From Psammoneis japonica (lineage: Eukaryota): DNA of 64,000 nucleotides. Location of the stretch: NCBI GenBank assembly GCA_008632985.1, contig QPGO01000109.1, positions 186,001 to 250,000 on the forward strand. Reading direction: 5' to 3'. Positions within the stretch are counted from its first letter, which is position 1. Each line of letters begins with the position of its first letter. Of this stretch, positions 1 to 12,498 are shown piece by piece. The notes under the pieces are model-generated. The model was not told the DNA's origin, made no database searches, and worked only from the letters and a program-made list of their open reading frames with translations. Made by a program: the position numbers and the translations under genes.

Positions 1-668
1 GGAAATCAGCCCAACGGAGAGATGCAGAGGCGGAAGTCAAGGTCATTTGCTCCAGATCAAGTGAACATCTTGCAAAGGACAGGTCCACCTTGTTTGACTC
101 GGTGGAAGAACACTTGACTCATTCTGCTTGCAGATTGCAAAATTAGTTGGAAATGGTGAGACCCATGTTTAAATCCAGCATTGAGGAGGCGAAGTGGCTT
201 GAAGTGAGGGGCACTCTTGCTGTTGCTGGTTGCTTTGGTGTGGTTGGGTTTTGTTTTTGACGGAGCAAATTTGTGCAAAATGGAACACTTGTGTGGCCTC
301 GAGAAGGGCAGAAAACGATCACGTCACATGTTTCTTCTCATCACCGTTGAAAAGCCACCATCAAAACCTTTGTCCACCAGCAACTGGCAATGAATCTGCA
401 GAGGTGTGGCTTTGTGAAGTGGAGCCGTCAAGATGAAATTTGGAAGAACGCCACTTGATTGCACTGAAATGCCTCCCAAATTTTCCGACACCAATCCAGA
501 CATGCTCAACAGTGACAAAGCACAACAAGCAAGGAAGAAGCAACGTTTTTCTGAAGAAAAAGAGAATGATGGGATGTCAATTGAAGAGTTGGATTCAATC
601 AGGCAACAAATTGCACCTCGGTTTGTCCACTTGGATTCAACTCGAGCCGCAATGTTTTTGCTCCAACC

Positions 669-3098
669 TTGGTTTACCCCAATGACATTGATGCAAAGAC
701 AGTTGTGCAAGATTGCATTGACATTTTGTCTGCTGTTGTCAATCATCCACGTGGCCACAAGACAGTGTTGCCTGACCAGGATGACAAGAATCTAGCTGCC
801 AACTGTGAAAAGGCATCCATTGGGCATCGTGCACTTTGCATCATGGCAGCACTTCAGGCCACACTCAACAACCTCAAGGGGGAAGGAAAAGAGATTGAGG
901 GTGATGTGACTTGGGGTGAGTGCTGTGGGTGTGCTGTGAAAAGGCCAGAGGAGGATGGCATTGCTGCCATTGGCATTTGGCGCAAGCGGGAGACCACTTT
1001 TCTCAAAACACCAAATGAGGCAAACCTGCACTCCCACCTTTTTTAGCAGCAATCCTGAAGTCAAGAATGCATTTGTTTGGCGCGCAATGCACAATCTGAA
1101 AGATCTTTCAATTGAGTTGATGCACAAGCACCTTTGCCAGAAGACAATTCCTGCGCTGCTGCTGAGCGCAAAGAATGATGTTGTGGTGGAAGATGATGAC
1201 GAATTTGAGCAAACCATTGAATCCACTGGTGAATCTCATTTGCTGACTGAAGATGAGGAAGATGCCAGAAGTTCATTTCTGAAAACGTTTGGACCAAGGA
1301 CATTTTCTATTTTGACAGTGTTGCGGTGGATGCATCTTCTTGGATTCAAGCATGCTCACAGGCTGAAAAGCTTTTGTGTTGATGGTCACAAGAAGCCCGC
1401 CATGAAGGCGCATTGAAAACAATTCACCAGATGATGCCTTGAGTTGGAGACGAGGTGCTGCAGGTGGGTGCAAATTCCACTGGAAGAAGCGACAGAGCTC
1501 ATGAATGCAGGCTTGGTTCCAAATCTTGGTCAGGACTCTCTCTTTGCTCGAGATGGAAATGTGTGTGTTGAGTTCCATGTGGACGACTGTGGCAGCTTTC
1601 ATGACATGATCACTCAATCCGCCGACCCGAAAGTGTGGGAATGTGTTGGATGTCCAAGCCACCAGTTTCCTGCCAGTGCAAAGCCAGCTGTGTTGTGGGG
1701 GCAAGATGAGGCCATTTTCAAACAGCTTCCATTGAACAACAAGGCCCCATGGTGAGACAGCACTGGTTCCGAAAGATGAGGGCCTTGGAACAATGCCCTC
1801 TCTTTTTGTGTGTTGGGAGTTTGGCCCAGTGCAAAGTCTTGATGATGATTTGCTCAAGAAAGTGAATGACAAAAGGAGCAGAGCTGTGTGCTGAGATGAA
1901 GCAGCAGCAACCGAAGCACAAGGGTCCAATTCCAAGAAAGATGTGAAGACGTTGCTGCTTGTCTGCGAATTTGAGTGTGGGCAGAACAATGAGGGACACT
2001 GGATGCACAACCACGTGGTGACGCAGCTTGAAGATGTTGTTGATGCACTTGCCGAAAAGTGTCCTGAATTTGATTGCATTTTCTTTTTTGACCACTCGTT
2101 GGGCCATTCAAAGCAGCTTGAGGACGGCTTGTTGGTCTTCAAGATGAACCTGGGGTGGGGTGGGAAATGCAAGATGAGAGACACTAAATTGACAGAATGT
2201 GTGGGAGAGCATGAGAATGCACAAAGGCTGCAAGTTGGTGACACACAATCAATGACATTCCAAGACGAGGATGAAGGGCCTCACCTGATGGATCCAGAAG
2301 AGCGACTCCAACAAAAGGAAGACACGCCAACAGATGAGTTCAAGACTGTTGACAAATTCAGAGAAGAGCTGGAAAATGACTTGAAGGCAAATGTTCCAAA
2401 CCACTCAGTGCCAAAGGGCACCACAAAGAAAGATTTGCAGGATGACTGCAAGAAAGCAAACATTCCAATCAAAAAGACAGTGCAGAAGATTCTCCCGGGT
2501 CAGCGCAGCAAGCCAAAAGGGTTGCTTCAAGTGTTGACAGAAAGGGGGTTGATTGATGCCAACCTAAGAGTGTGGAAAGGGAGGGATTAAAGATCAGTGT
2601 GGGAATTGCATCGAAAATGCAGAGCCAACAGAAATGCTTGCCTCTTGTGAAAATTTCTCCAAGGAAACTGCACTGCTTCAGCATCATGATGCATGTCGCA
2701 TGGGAGTCCACACAATCTTGACTCCAAAATGTCATGCTGAATTGGCGGGGGAAGGCATGGAGCATCTTTGGGCCTGTGCAAAAGGTCAGTGTCAAAACCT
2801 CTTCCTGTCAGAGAAAAGCAGAAAAGACAATTTCAAGAAATTGGTCAGGTGTTGCTTGTCAGATGAGGTGTTGTCAATGGAGCACATGCACAAGTTTGCA
2901 AAGAGAGCATGGCAGTGCATTCAGGCTTGCCATGCCATTGACAATGGACACATTGAGGACACCAAGAGGGTCCATGAATTTGGACCCATTGCCCTCAACA
3001 AGGTTGTCAAAATGTTCAAGGCGCGCCATTGTGCTCTTGATTTTGCTTTCAAGTTCATCAAGAGCAACGAATTTTTGAAATCGTGCAGCCCGCTGTAG
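669..3098 (+). pseudogene. Fragmented DDE transposase (IS630/Tc1-like C-terminal motif), TpA-depleted
   Basis: Consecutive ORF pieces carry FCVDGHKKP, WGQDEAIF, PKDEGLG, FECGQNNEGHW, FFFDHSLGH and TPKCHAELAGEGMEHLW. These resemble the YVDGHE / DES / EGYW / FDxSxGH / PKxHxEL motifs of eukaryotic DDE transposases. Several frameshifts and stops. Confidence 0.7.
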
Positions 3099-3204
3099 AA
3101 ATTGCACGGGGACAAAGACACAATGGCTGGTCACACTCACTGTGAACAACCCAGAGCCAATTTCATTTTGTGCCATGTTGCATGGATTCCCACACCACAT
3201 GGCG

Positions 3205-3486
3205 TCAGCACAATTCCAGCCACACTGCACTGTGACATCAACAGTTTTTTGGATCACGTCGCATGTCGCGCATGCACATTTCTGTGTGCGACATTCTACA
3301 AAATTGTTTCACTCAACATTTGTGAGAATCATGCAAACACACTGGGCATGTTCTCAAATGTCTGCAGAACACACCCGGGCAAACTGTTGATGATGTGCTG
3401 CAAGTGTGAAGGAGGAGATGCACTCGCAAAATTGCCTCTTTTTCTGTATGTCACACGGAGAGTCCCACCTGGGACTGGAGCCCATC
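3205..3486 (-). mobile_element. Decayed relative of MITE-A (or right end of the upstream transposase element)
   Basis: 3226-3290 matches the reverse complement of 29220-29280. 3449-3486 (tgtcacacggagagtcccacctgggactggagcccatc) matches the reverse complement of the MITE-A left end. Confidence 0.65.
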
Positions 3487-5330
3487 AACAGACAATTCAT
3501 GCACCTCTGGCCCGCAGGCTTGAGGGTTCAACAGGAATCATTTTACGGCTCTCAGAGTCATTGCACAGAAATTGCGTGGAAGAGCACCAGAAACAATTGT
3601 CTGCAGTCTGTCTGCCCATCCACACTCAAATGTCAACTTCTCAGGAAATGAATCAACTGGAATTTTGTCTGACCAAAGGCATTGCTCTTCTCCATGCAAA
3701 TCAAGATGCCTTTGGTCAGACAACATTTCAACTGAGTTCCCCCAAAAAATTGCCAGCTCCAATCACCCTCTCGCACAACATTGTGCGCACTGTGCATTTC
3801 TGCACAGTTTGGCATTTTTCCCTGTGCAAAATGACAATTGTGACTCTTGCAACATTTTTGAATGATTCCTGTTGAGGGGGGAGCACTTTGGGACAAAAAG
3901 GGGAATCCCCCCGACAAAAAAAGTGGGGGCCCAGTTTTTGGAACACACCATCATGCTGCCTGTCAAACCCAGCAGGGAATGCCCTCTGGCCAGCAGGAGC
4001 CAGGTTAAACCATCATCATGCGACATCCATTGCACACACTAAACTGCAGCCTGCTCTCTGGATGGGCACCTGGACAGGCCTTTTGTTGCACGCAAGAAAG
4101 AGAGAGTGTGTGATCTTGTCTGAGACTCTTGTTTGGTTCTCATTGAACAAGCTCCTCAGGAGAGAAAAGACTCGTCTGCAGCAGGCGCATCATCCTCCAT
4201 GGTGTGTTCGTTCAACAGCATCTTCTTGCAATTTGCAATGGATGGGTGTCTTCATTGCAGTTTGCATTCAGCATGCATTGTGCACTGTGCACCATGCGCT
4301 CATCATGGTCTGTGCTGCATGGCATGTGGTGTGTCCTGGTGGCTCACAGCCCATGTCATCAGACAAAATAAACTGGGGAGCCCCAGCTGGCTCCCCCCTG
4401 AACCCTTGGGCCCACTGGCACACATGACAGACAGATGGACATTGCATGAGCCAGGGGTTGCTGGAGCCACAGGCCTGGCATGTTGACATCAAGCGCTCAT
4501 TTTGTGCCACAACATTGTGCAAAAATCATGCCATGCAACGTCATTGCTCTTGAAACTTGAAGCAGCCAAAAGGTTGTGGGCAACCATGATGAAAAATGAA
4601 AACCTGATGGTTCTGGTGGCAACAAGCAAGTTTGTTCTCAATGGGACATTGTGTTGCTGTCATGTGTTCTTTTTGCTTCATTGTGACACGTGACTTTTTT
4701 GATTGAAGTCAATCCACAACATCTTGTTTTCCACTTGCAAACATGCAAAACACACGCAAATCCCACTTGTTGCCTGTCCAAGTTGCAACTTGATGGAAGT
4801 TTTGGTTGCCCGAATCTCCCTGATGCAATGGATTTGGGTCAAGGTGAAGTCATTCAATTGCGTGGAAAAGAAGCGTGGCAAAATTTTGATGAGAACACCG
4901 CTGTTGATGCTTCCAATCATTGGATGGATGCCGGAGCATTTGTTGTGAGGTGAGAACTCGAGGGCAAGTTTTGTGACATTTTCTGTTGTTGTGCTCACAA
5001 AATCAATTGTTTTCAACGTCTTCATTGTCAGGGTGAAGCTTTCTTGCCTGTTGGAGAAGCGAAGTGCAGATGAGAATTTTGTTGCACAGATCAAACGTCT
5101 GAGGAGCCGCTCCCCACCAGCAACCAGCACCACTTTCTAAGATGAACAAGCTCATGGCATGTGCAGAAGTTGTGCACAGAAGTGCACTGTCGGACAGATG
5201 ACGGCCGTGCAATTGACTGCAATTTGCATGACAAATTTCCAAATTGCCATTCATTCAATGCCGATGATGACGATGGCAATTTTCAGATGCTGACAGAGGA
5301 CTAGTTTGCAACAGGCACTCAACACATTAA

Positions 5331-5675
5331 TCAATTGCACCATGGAGAATGCACATGTGTAAAGAAAGTCCCCCGGACGAACTCATGATTGTTTTGCAAT
5401 CGAGTGCATGAAATGAAAAACAGAGAGCTCTGTTTTGGTGTGACATTTTGCTTTCGAATGGAGGTTGCTCGTGGGGACTTTCATGACTGAACACATTCTT
5501 AAACTTAAAAACTAAATGTCTGCAATGACAAAAGACTCTGGGACATGTTGCTGTCATCGCCATCGTTGCGACAACGCACCACCGTCACTCGCCGATTTTT
5601 GGCGATGAGGCGCGCAGTGCGCTGAGCGTTTCTTGCACAGCAGAAGAAATCCTGAAAAATCAAATTGTCGTGCCT
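5331..5675. repeat. Dispersed ~350-bp repeat, copy 1
   Basis: Colinear with 21636-21982 (shared agaaagtcccc, ttttgctttcga, actttcatgactga, actaaatgtc, caatgacaaaagactctgggaca, gacaacgcaccacc). Confidence 0.75.
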
Positions 5676-7384
5676 TCACCCCTTTGTTCTGTGAACACCT
5701 TAAGAGCCCTAGATGACCAGCTTAGACACGCATTACATCAACGACAGATCTCTCAGAGAGTTCACACAACTTAGAGACTTTCGTCTGCTGCTTCAGTTGG
5801 ACCAGCCCGGCCCATCATCACCTCCAGCCCAACAGCTTCCGGCATCTCAAGCACTTGCCATGCTTTGCTTTTCACTCCAATCACCCACAATCATTGCAAT
5901 TGAGAATGCTTGGCAAGGCACTGTTGATTTGAAGACAATGTGTGATGAATCTCCTTGCAGCCCGAGTCGATTTGGTTGTCAAGTTGGGCGGCTGGCAAAC
6001 CACTTCCAGGCGGATCTGTGTCTGTTCTGCTCATGCAGAACCACCCCGAAAAGCAAGACACCTCATCCTGTCATCTGCTATGCACATGCGAGTGAACAGA
6101 CGTGATTGCATCTGTGCACTCCGACTTGAACCTCAGAAACGGCGTTGCCGGTCGATGCACCCGCGGCAGAAATTTTGATGAAGAGCAAAAAAAGCGTCAG
6201 CAAAAGTGTGACATTTGACAGTTTGAGTGGTGATCACCCACTTGTGTCCATCCCATGGGATCAATCAATGCATTCCAAGTGTGCTTGCCTCTCAAATGAA
6301 GACAATGACGAAGTCGCAACAATCAACCTTGTGGACAGCATGTTCTTGCCACACAAAAGCACGAAGTGCGGCGGTGCTCGACCAACAACCACGAACATCC
6401 GGAGGTAACTCCATCCACACCAGCACTTTTGTTGATTCGTTCAATGAATGTATGGACATTTTGTGCACTTCGGTCATAGAGGCATTCGCAACCTTCGATT
6501 GGGATGGAGGCAAAAACAGCAAAAATGCATTGGAACAGTGGCAGATCGGCAATCGCCACACCACATGTTTCCAACAAGGTTTAGAAAGACACCGCAGATG
6601 CGATTACCGCTCGATTATTAACATTAACGCCGCCGTAAACGATTTGCTCACCATGGTCGAAATCTTTTTTTCTCGTGCAAAAGCACGAGGATTGGGGGGT
6701 GGCGGACGAACGTCCACAAAGGCACTGTAGCACATACACCTAAATTCGTACGTTTCACCCTCGAACCCGCGCCGCATCGCATTATTTCTCGGCAACCCCC
6801 TTTGACCTTGTTGCGAGGCCTTCGCATCAAGTATCAGAAGCTTAAGGCGGGCCGTCGGCTTATTTTTTTCGCACGTCTTTTCCGGGTTTTAACGCGTTTT
6901 TGACGGGTCGCGACAGAAAATAACACGACAAAAGCACGAGCGACAATGATGATGTTCGCGACGAGCGGTGAGTTGCAAAGTATCACCTCACGAGGGATAC
7001 TCATTGGTTTTATTATCGTCATATAGTTCAGATTGATTTATATGCTTTCGTCCCTCGTGCCACTGGGCCAATTTTGAGAGATAGCGTAATTGCCGTCATC
7101 GTCGTGCTTCGATCGCGGTGCCTGATGTTCTCGTTTTCGTGGGCGATCGAACAATTCTTGTATTTAAAATTAATAATTATAAATAAACGTATTCAAACAC
7201 ATTGCTAATTTTAGGATAAACGCGGAAAAAATGGGTCGGCGGTCCCCCTTAAAGACTCCAAGAGCGAACCTAAGAAGTATTTTGAGAGTCATATGAGATA
7301 TGGCAAATGAGTGGTATCGATTGAGGCAACTATTGGATAAAAACGATAAGAGCACTGAACTCTCATCATACCGTGACGTCTGAA

Positions 7385-8018
7385 ATGAATAACAGCTGGA
7401 CCGGCGGCAGCGCTGTTCCTCCGCCTGCCTTTGAAAACAACATGGCTTCGCAGAGTACACTGCCTTATAATCAAGAGCAGCAGTATAATCAGGTGACACC
7501 GCAGTCATCTACGTACTACAACCGAAACAAGAACAGCAATAAACAGATGTTCGCCTGTCTGTACCGGTACACCAAACAGCTCACGCAAAAACGCAAGGTA
7601 TGGCACGACGGGAAACTCACACTGACAAAGTCACCGTCGTCCTTTCATATGGTATTGCTCAAAGCGACTCCAAGTCTCGGTACGACAGGAACAGCTTTGG
7701 AAGAGTGTGATTTGACGATACAGCAGGGACAAATGATGATTGCATCCGGTAGTGACGAGACTGTGGAAACCGAGAAACACCTTATTCAAGTGCAAGGGCC
7801 GTGGATAGAGCCATCGAATCGCATATCAACGACTCCAAACAATAGTGGTGGTCCGTCCACAGGGATGCAAAAGATACTCAGGACGAAATTTCGTAAACCG
7901 AATCGATTTATTCCTCCTCCTCCGCAACAGCAAAAAGCGCCATCACTTCTCGGGAAACGGACTCGTCCTTTACAACCGGGAGAGTTGCAACGACGACATT
8001 ATGGAGAATCTTGCCCAC

Positions 8019-8049
<31 letters not shown>

Positions 8050-8995
8050 GCTCTATGGTGGCTCTCAACAACCGTCCAACTGGGGTGGACAACAAGAACA
8101 GCGCCACAGCTCTCACCCGTCCAGTGGCGGTGGACCACACGAATATCGTCCTTCCTCGAATAACAATCACTGTGCGACGCCGAGTTACCCAGAGCCTTCT
8201 CGAAACACTCTGGGTCATCCTGAGCCGTCGGAAAATCATGCAAGAGGACCAGTAGCTGGTTTCAACTACGCTCACTCGAATATGAATACTGGCTTTGCGT
8301 CTGGTAATCCGTATGCACAGGGTTCTCGTGAGAATAGGACGCCCCAGCAGCAGCATCAACCTTCTCGTGTTGACAACAACGACTGCCAACAATTCTCATC
8401 GAACCAACCGCCACCGCCCATTATGGATGCCACACGTGCTCCTCCAACGAGTCATTTTGTCAGAAACGGTGACGGACACGACGGTAACAAGGAGAATCAT
8501 CGTCAGCCGCAAGACATGCAATCTACTGATAGGACGCGTCCAAGCCAGAACTCCTTTGCCAATAACGACTTTGATCCAAACAGTATCTATGGTGAAGAAG
8601 AGGATGACGACGACATGAATCATCACAATGATGCGCAAAGCACGGCTCCCTGGCACGGGAATTATAATACCGCATCTACCAATAGTAGTATTACAAATGC
8701 GTGGGGCCCTGCTTTAGACACGAATCGCCAACAAGAGCCGCGTCCTTCTGGAACGCTGTCTTCTCACAAGAATGTCCCGTCTGGAGAACAAGACAATACG
8801 GGAGTCGCAGAAAAGAAGCCATTGTCCACGAATCAATTGCTCCAACTCTTTGGCGTGGGATCGGCTGCTCCAACGGATGCCAGCGATACAGAACGCGTCT
8901 CTGAAGAGGTTCGAGGCAATCCTGCAACTGCACCGTTGGATGGCAATGACAATGACGGTACCCCCAACAATGACAGAAAACCAATATGCTTTTGA
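7385..8995 (+). CDS. DUF2439 (ZGRF1/Mte1 N-terminal-like) domain protein with long Q/N/P-rich disordered tail
   Basis: Motif LYRYTKQLTQKRKVWHDGKL followed by LEECDL...ETEKHLIQV; normal Tyr content. The true C-terminus may run in the other frame to 9044. Confidence 0.7.
8024..8050 (+). repeat. (CAG)n polyQ microsatellite in CDS
   Basis: Nine tandem CAG. Confidence 0.9.
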
Positions 8996-9258
8996 TTTAC
9001 CGTCTCAATCGTCCTCTGACTCTTCGTCGCTGGACGATGACTAGCTAGAGCGTCGAGTCCTACTTGTAGCGGAAAAAGTAGAACAGCGTCTTTTTCAAAC
9101 ATTATAGCTAGGACGAAGCTGTTTATACTTCTACTTGACGACTGCGTTGTATTCTACTCGAGGGAACGCTAGCTATCTCCACATCACACAAAGCTGCTCC
9201 AAGCTCTTCTCATGGTCAAGGTCAACATCTCCGCCGGTTTTCACCATTTATATTTTCC

Positions 9259-12200
9259 TCATCGAAAACTCCAACGAACGCCAATTTCACCCAAGCGTTC
9301 CTCACGGTCTCGGTTAAGTCTCCCAGTCTTCTTCGCTTGACGTTGCCTACTTAACCACGCTCCAAGGTTCTTTCCATCCTCCACATGGCTGCATCGAACG
9401 TTGCAGCCCCCCTCCCGTTCTTTGAATTGAACAAGAAGTCGATACATTGCTTCCCAACGTTCAGACGGAAGATACCAAGCAACACCAACCTCTTTGAGCC
9501 GTTCCTCAAGAGCACTGTCCAGCTTTCCAGCATTCCTCAAAACACGCTGTTTCTTTAGCCACTCTCCAAGGTTCTTTCCATCCTCTTTGTGCTTTTGTAC
9601 AACGTTGCAGCCCCCCTCCCGTTCTTTGAATTGAACAAGAAGTCGATACATTGCTTCCCAACGTTCAGACGGAAGATACCAAGCAACACCAACCTCTTTG
9701 AGCCGTTCCTCAAGAGCACTGTCCAGCTTTCCAGCATTCCTCAAAACACGCTGCGTACTTAACCACCTTCCAAGGTTCTCTCCATCCTCTTTGTGCTTTT
9801 GTACAACGTTGCAATCACCCTCCCGTTGTTTGAATTGAACAAGAAGTCGATACATTGCTTCCCAACGTTCAGAAGGAACATTCCAAGCAACACCAACCTC
9901 TTTGAGCCGTTCCTCAAGAGCACTGTCGAGCTTTCCGGCATTCCTCAAAACACGCTGCGTACTTAACCACCTTCCAAGGTTCTCTCCATCCTCTTTGTGC
10001 TTTTGTACAACGTTGCAATCACCCTCCCGTTGTTTGAATTGAACAAGAAGTCGATACATTGCTTCCCAACGTTCAGAAGGAACATTCCAAGCAACGCCAA
10101 CATCTTTGAGCCGTTCCTCAAGAGCACTGTCGAGCTTTCCGGCATTCCTCAAAACACGCTGCGTACTTAACCACCTTCCAAGGTTCTCTCCATCCTCTTT
10201 GTGCTTTTGTACAACGTTGCAATCACCCTCCCGTTGTTTGAATTGAACAAGAAGTCGATACATTGCTTCCCAACGTTCAGAAGGAACATTCCAAGCAACG
10301 CCAACATCTTTGAGCCGTTCCTCAAGAGCACCGTCGAGCTTTCCGGCATTCCTCAAGGCACGCTGCGCACTTAACCATGTCCCGAGGTTCTTTCCATCCT
10401 CTTTGTGTCTACGTGGAACAAGGCAATTCCCCTCCCTTTCTTTATAAACCAAAAGCAATCCATGCATTCGGTCCCAATTGCTTTCACGATTCTTGTACTC
10501 CGTAATTGCTCGATTCGTGATAATAGTCTTCATTTCACGCGGCATTGAGTCTGAAAGCATGAATGATTCAAGTACCCGAGATGGGAATTCTGTATCAAGC
10601 AGAGGCCTTCCGAGTCTCGCGCTCTCGTCAATCACAAACACGACATCTTCCCGTAATTCGGGATCCAATCCTACCATCGCATTGAATGCTAATGTGAAAG
10701 ATTCATAGCCACCTTCATCTTCGATAAATTCAGTATCACCAGTTATAGGCACTGGTACCAAAACGTATCCACGCTCTTTGCCAGGAGCCTTCCGGCTAAC
10801 ACGACCAATCATTTGGCGCGCGTCAACGGTACTTCGGACAGGATCTGCCATCACCACTAACTCCCAATCTGCCTCGTCCACACCGGTCGCCAAAACCCTA
10901 CAGTTGGCAACAATCGATTTGGTCGCGTGTTTGGCATTTGACAATATCTCTTCCCGCTTGGTAGGTGACATGTCCGAGCTGCCACTAACCGCAAATGCGG
11001 CTATATCGTCCTTCTCAAGAACTGGGGCTGCGTCACGCACAAAAGCACGAGCACGGTAGTTCATGGAATGGAACGAAACGGCGCTACTCACATTGAGCTT
11101 GTGAAAAGCCGCTTGAACTACAAATGGCAGTAGGTAATCCTTTGAGAGTGCCGGTGGGACGGAACCGTCAAGGAGCGGATCAGCAAGGACGGCGCTGATT
11201 TCGTCGGCATCCAATACACAAAGTGTGATTGGAACGGTGATATTTTGTTTCACGGCATCACTTAGCGTCCGTTTCGCGAGGCATGGTCCAAATAAGGTTG
11301 CATTGTTAAAACTGCGGACACCAGTGACTTTCTTGGGCTCTGAGCTTCTATTAGGAATGAGCGTTCGCGAACCATCCTTGCAAAGCTTTCCACCAATAAT
11401 GTCAACCTGTTGAGGAGCCTCCGTATACCGACGAGGCGTGGCTGTTAAAAAAAGGCGATAGTCAACTGGGAGCCGCGAGTCATAGAGACCATAGCCAGAA
11501 AGTTTGCCAAGCCCTTCCATCTCGTGCGCCTCGTCAAACACGGCAAACCCCATTTTGGCACCAAGCTGCTTTAGCGCCTCTCCCACCTTGGGTAAGGACC
11601 TGTAAGTGCAGCAAATAAATGATAATCCGTTTTCTTCTGAACCAAGAAAAGCTGCAATCTCATCAGAAGAGGTTGAGCAGCCCTCGGTTCGATTGGTCTG
11701 GCTCGCCACAATTAATCGCGAGTGAGGCACGTGATCAAGTACTCCGAACCTATCCAAGTCATCCAGTACTTGATCCACGAGTTTCAGAGTCGGTGTGACA
11801 TAGATGACTGACTGGAGCCTTGTTCGTCTTGAACCAATTCCATCTAATGCAAACATTTCAATGCTCTTCAAGGCAAGCAGCGTTTTACCCCATCCCGGTG
11901 GTAGCTGGACGTTTGCCCTGGGAACGTATTGAGGAGAATCTTGAGATTGTTCAGTGTTGCTGTCCAGATTGTTGCCTCCTCCCCTTTCTCCTCCATTCGA
12001 TGACGATTTAACTTGGCAAAAGTGTTGAACAATTGAGTCCAAAATGTCATCGTGGCGATTGTCTTGCTCTTGGTGTTTTTCTTGGTTTCCCTCTGACGTA
12101 CTTGAACGTATCTCTGATAATGTTGTTTTTGTTGTTTGTTCTGCAGGTCTCGCATGATCTCGTTTGTCTCGACAGCTCTCTATGGAACGAGATAATCCAG

Positions 12201-12426
12201 ATGCTGGTTCAGCACTAGCGAAACAAGCACCATGTGTGGCTGGCTCAACACATGCTTCCGATACTGCTGTATCATTCAAAATCTCGACGCTTGCGACCTT
12301 GAGGTGAAAAGCACTGCGTCTCCGTGCATTGCCTCTTGATTGTCCGATTTTTGTTGACTGGAACGTTGATATAACAGCAAGCTGCAAAAGCAGCACAAGA
12401 AGGAAAAGAGCTTGGGTATAACCCAT
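9259..12426 (-). CDS. SF2 (ResIII/DEAH-type) helicase with six C-terminal helicase-associated (HA) repeats and a predicted signal/transit peptide
   Basis: Walker A LPPGWGKT, DEAH, TAT, motif V LATGVD, motif VI QMIGRVSR. Repeats WEAMYRLLVQFKQREGDCNV...LGRWLSTQR...RLKDVGVAW. N-terminus MGYTQALFLLVLLLQLAVIST-F (ATG at 12426; ORF open from 12486). Confidence 0.88.
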   Translation of the reverse strand: MGYTQALFLLVLLLQLAVISTFQSTKIGQSRGNARRRSAFHLKVASVEILNDTAVSEACVEPATHGACFASAEPASGLSRSIESCRDKRDHARPAEQTTKTTLSEIRSSTSEGNQEKHQEQDNRHDDILDSIVQHFCQVKSSSNGGERGGGNNLDSNTEQSQDSPQYVPRANVQLPPGWGKTLLALKSIEMFALDGIGSRRTRLQSVIYVTPTLKLVDQVLDDLDRFGVLDHVPHSRLIVASQTNRTEGCSTSSDEIAAFLGSEENGLSFICCTYRSLPKVGEALKQLGAKMGFAVFDEAHEMEGLGKLSGYGLYDSRLPVDYRLFLTATPRRYTEAPQQVDIIGGKLCKDGSRTLIPNRSSEPKKVTGVRSFNNATLFGPCLAKRTLSDAVKQNITVPITLCVLDADEISAVLADPLLDGSVPPALSKDYLLPFVVQAAFHKLNVSSAVSFHSMNYRARAFVRDAAPVLEKDDIAAFAVSGSSDMSPTKREEILSNAKHATKSIVANCRVLATGVDEADWELVVMADPVRSTVDARQMIGRVSRKAPGKERGYVLVPVPITGDTEFIEDEGGYESFTLAFNAMVGLDPELREDVVFVIDESARLGRPLLDTEFPSRVLESFMLSDSMPREMKTIITNRAITEYKNRESNWDRMHGLLLVYKEREGNCLVPRRHKEDGKNLGTWLSAQRALRNAGKLDGALEERLKDVGVAWNVPSERWEAMYRLLVQFKQREGDCNVVQKHKEDGENLGRWLSTQRVLRNAGKLDSALEERLKDVGVAWNVPSERWEAMYRLLVQFKQREGDCNVVQKHKEDGENLGRWLSTQRVLRNAGKLDSALEERLKEVGVAWNVPSERWEAMYRLLVQFKQREGDCNVVQKHKEDGENLGRWLSTQRVLRNAGKLDSALEERLKEVGVAWYLPSERWEAMYRLLVQFKEREGGCNVVQKHKEDGKNLGEWLKKQRVLRNAGKLDSALEERLKEVGVAWYLPSERWEAMYRLLVQFKEREGGCNVRCSHVEDGKNLGAWLSRQRQAKKTGRLNRDREERLGEIGVRWSFR
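9270..10480 (-). repeat. 204-bp in-frame tandem repeat, ~6 units (HA domains)
   Basis: Exact 204-bp periodicity (shadow ORFs at 9351, 9555, 9759, 9963, 10167); central units nearly identical. Confidence 0.95.
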
Positions 12427-12498
12427 TATTGTCTGAGGCGATTGAGGGAGAAGACACGACGAAAAATAACTCGAGAGAAACAACATTAGCCCTAGGGA

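Noticed and set aside
3102..6200. Many Cys/His-rich ORFs as metal-binding proteins (also 13-17 kb and 58-64 kb)
   Set aside because: They are by-products of TG/CA enrichment and stop-codon loss, overlap in all frames and show no recognisable motifs.
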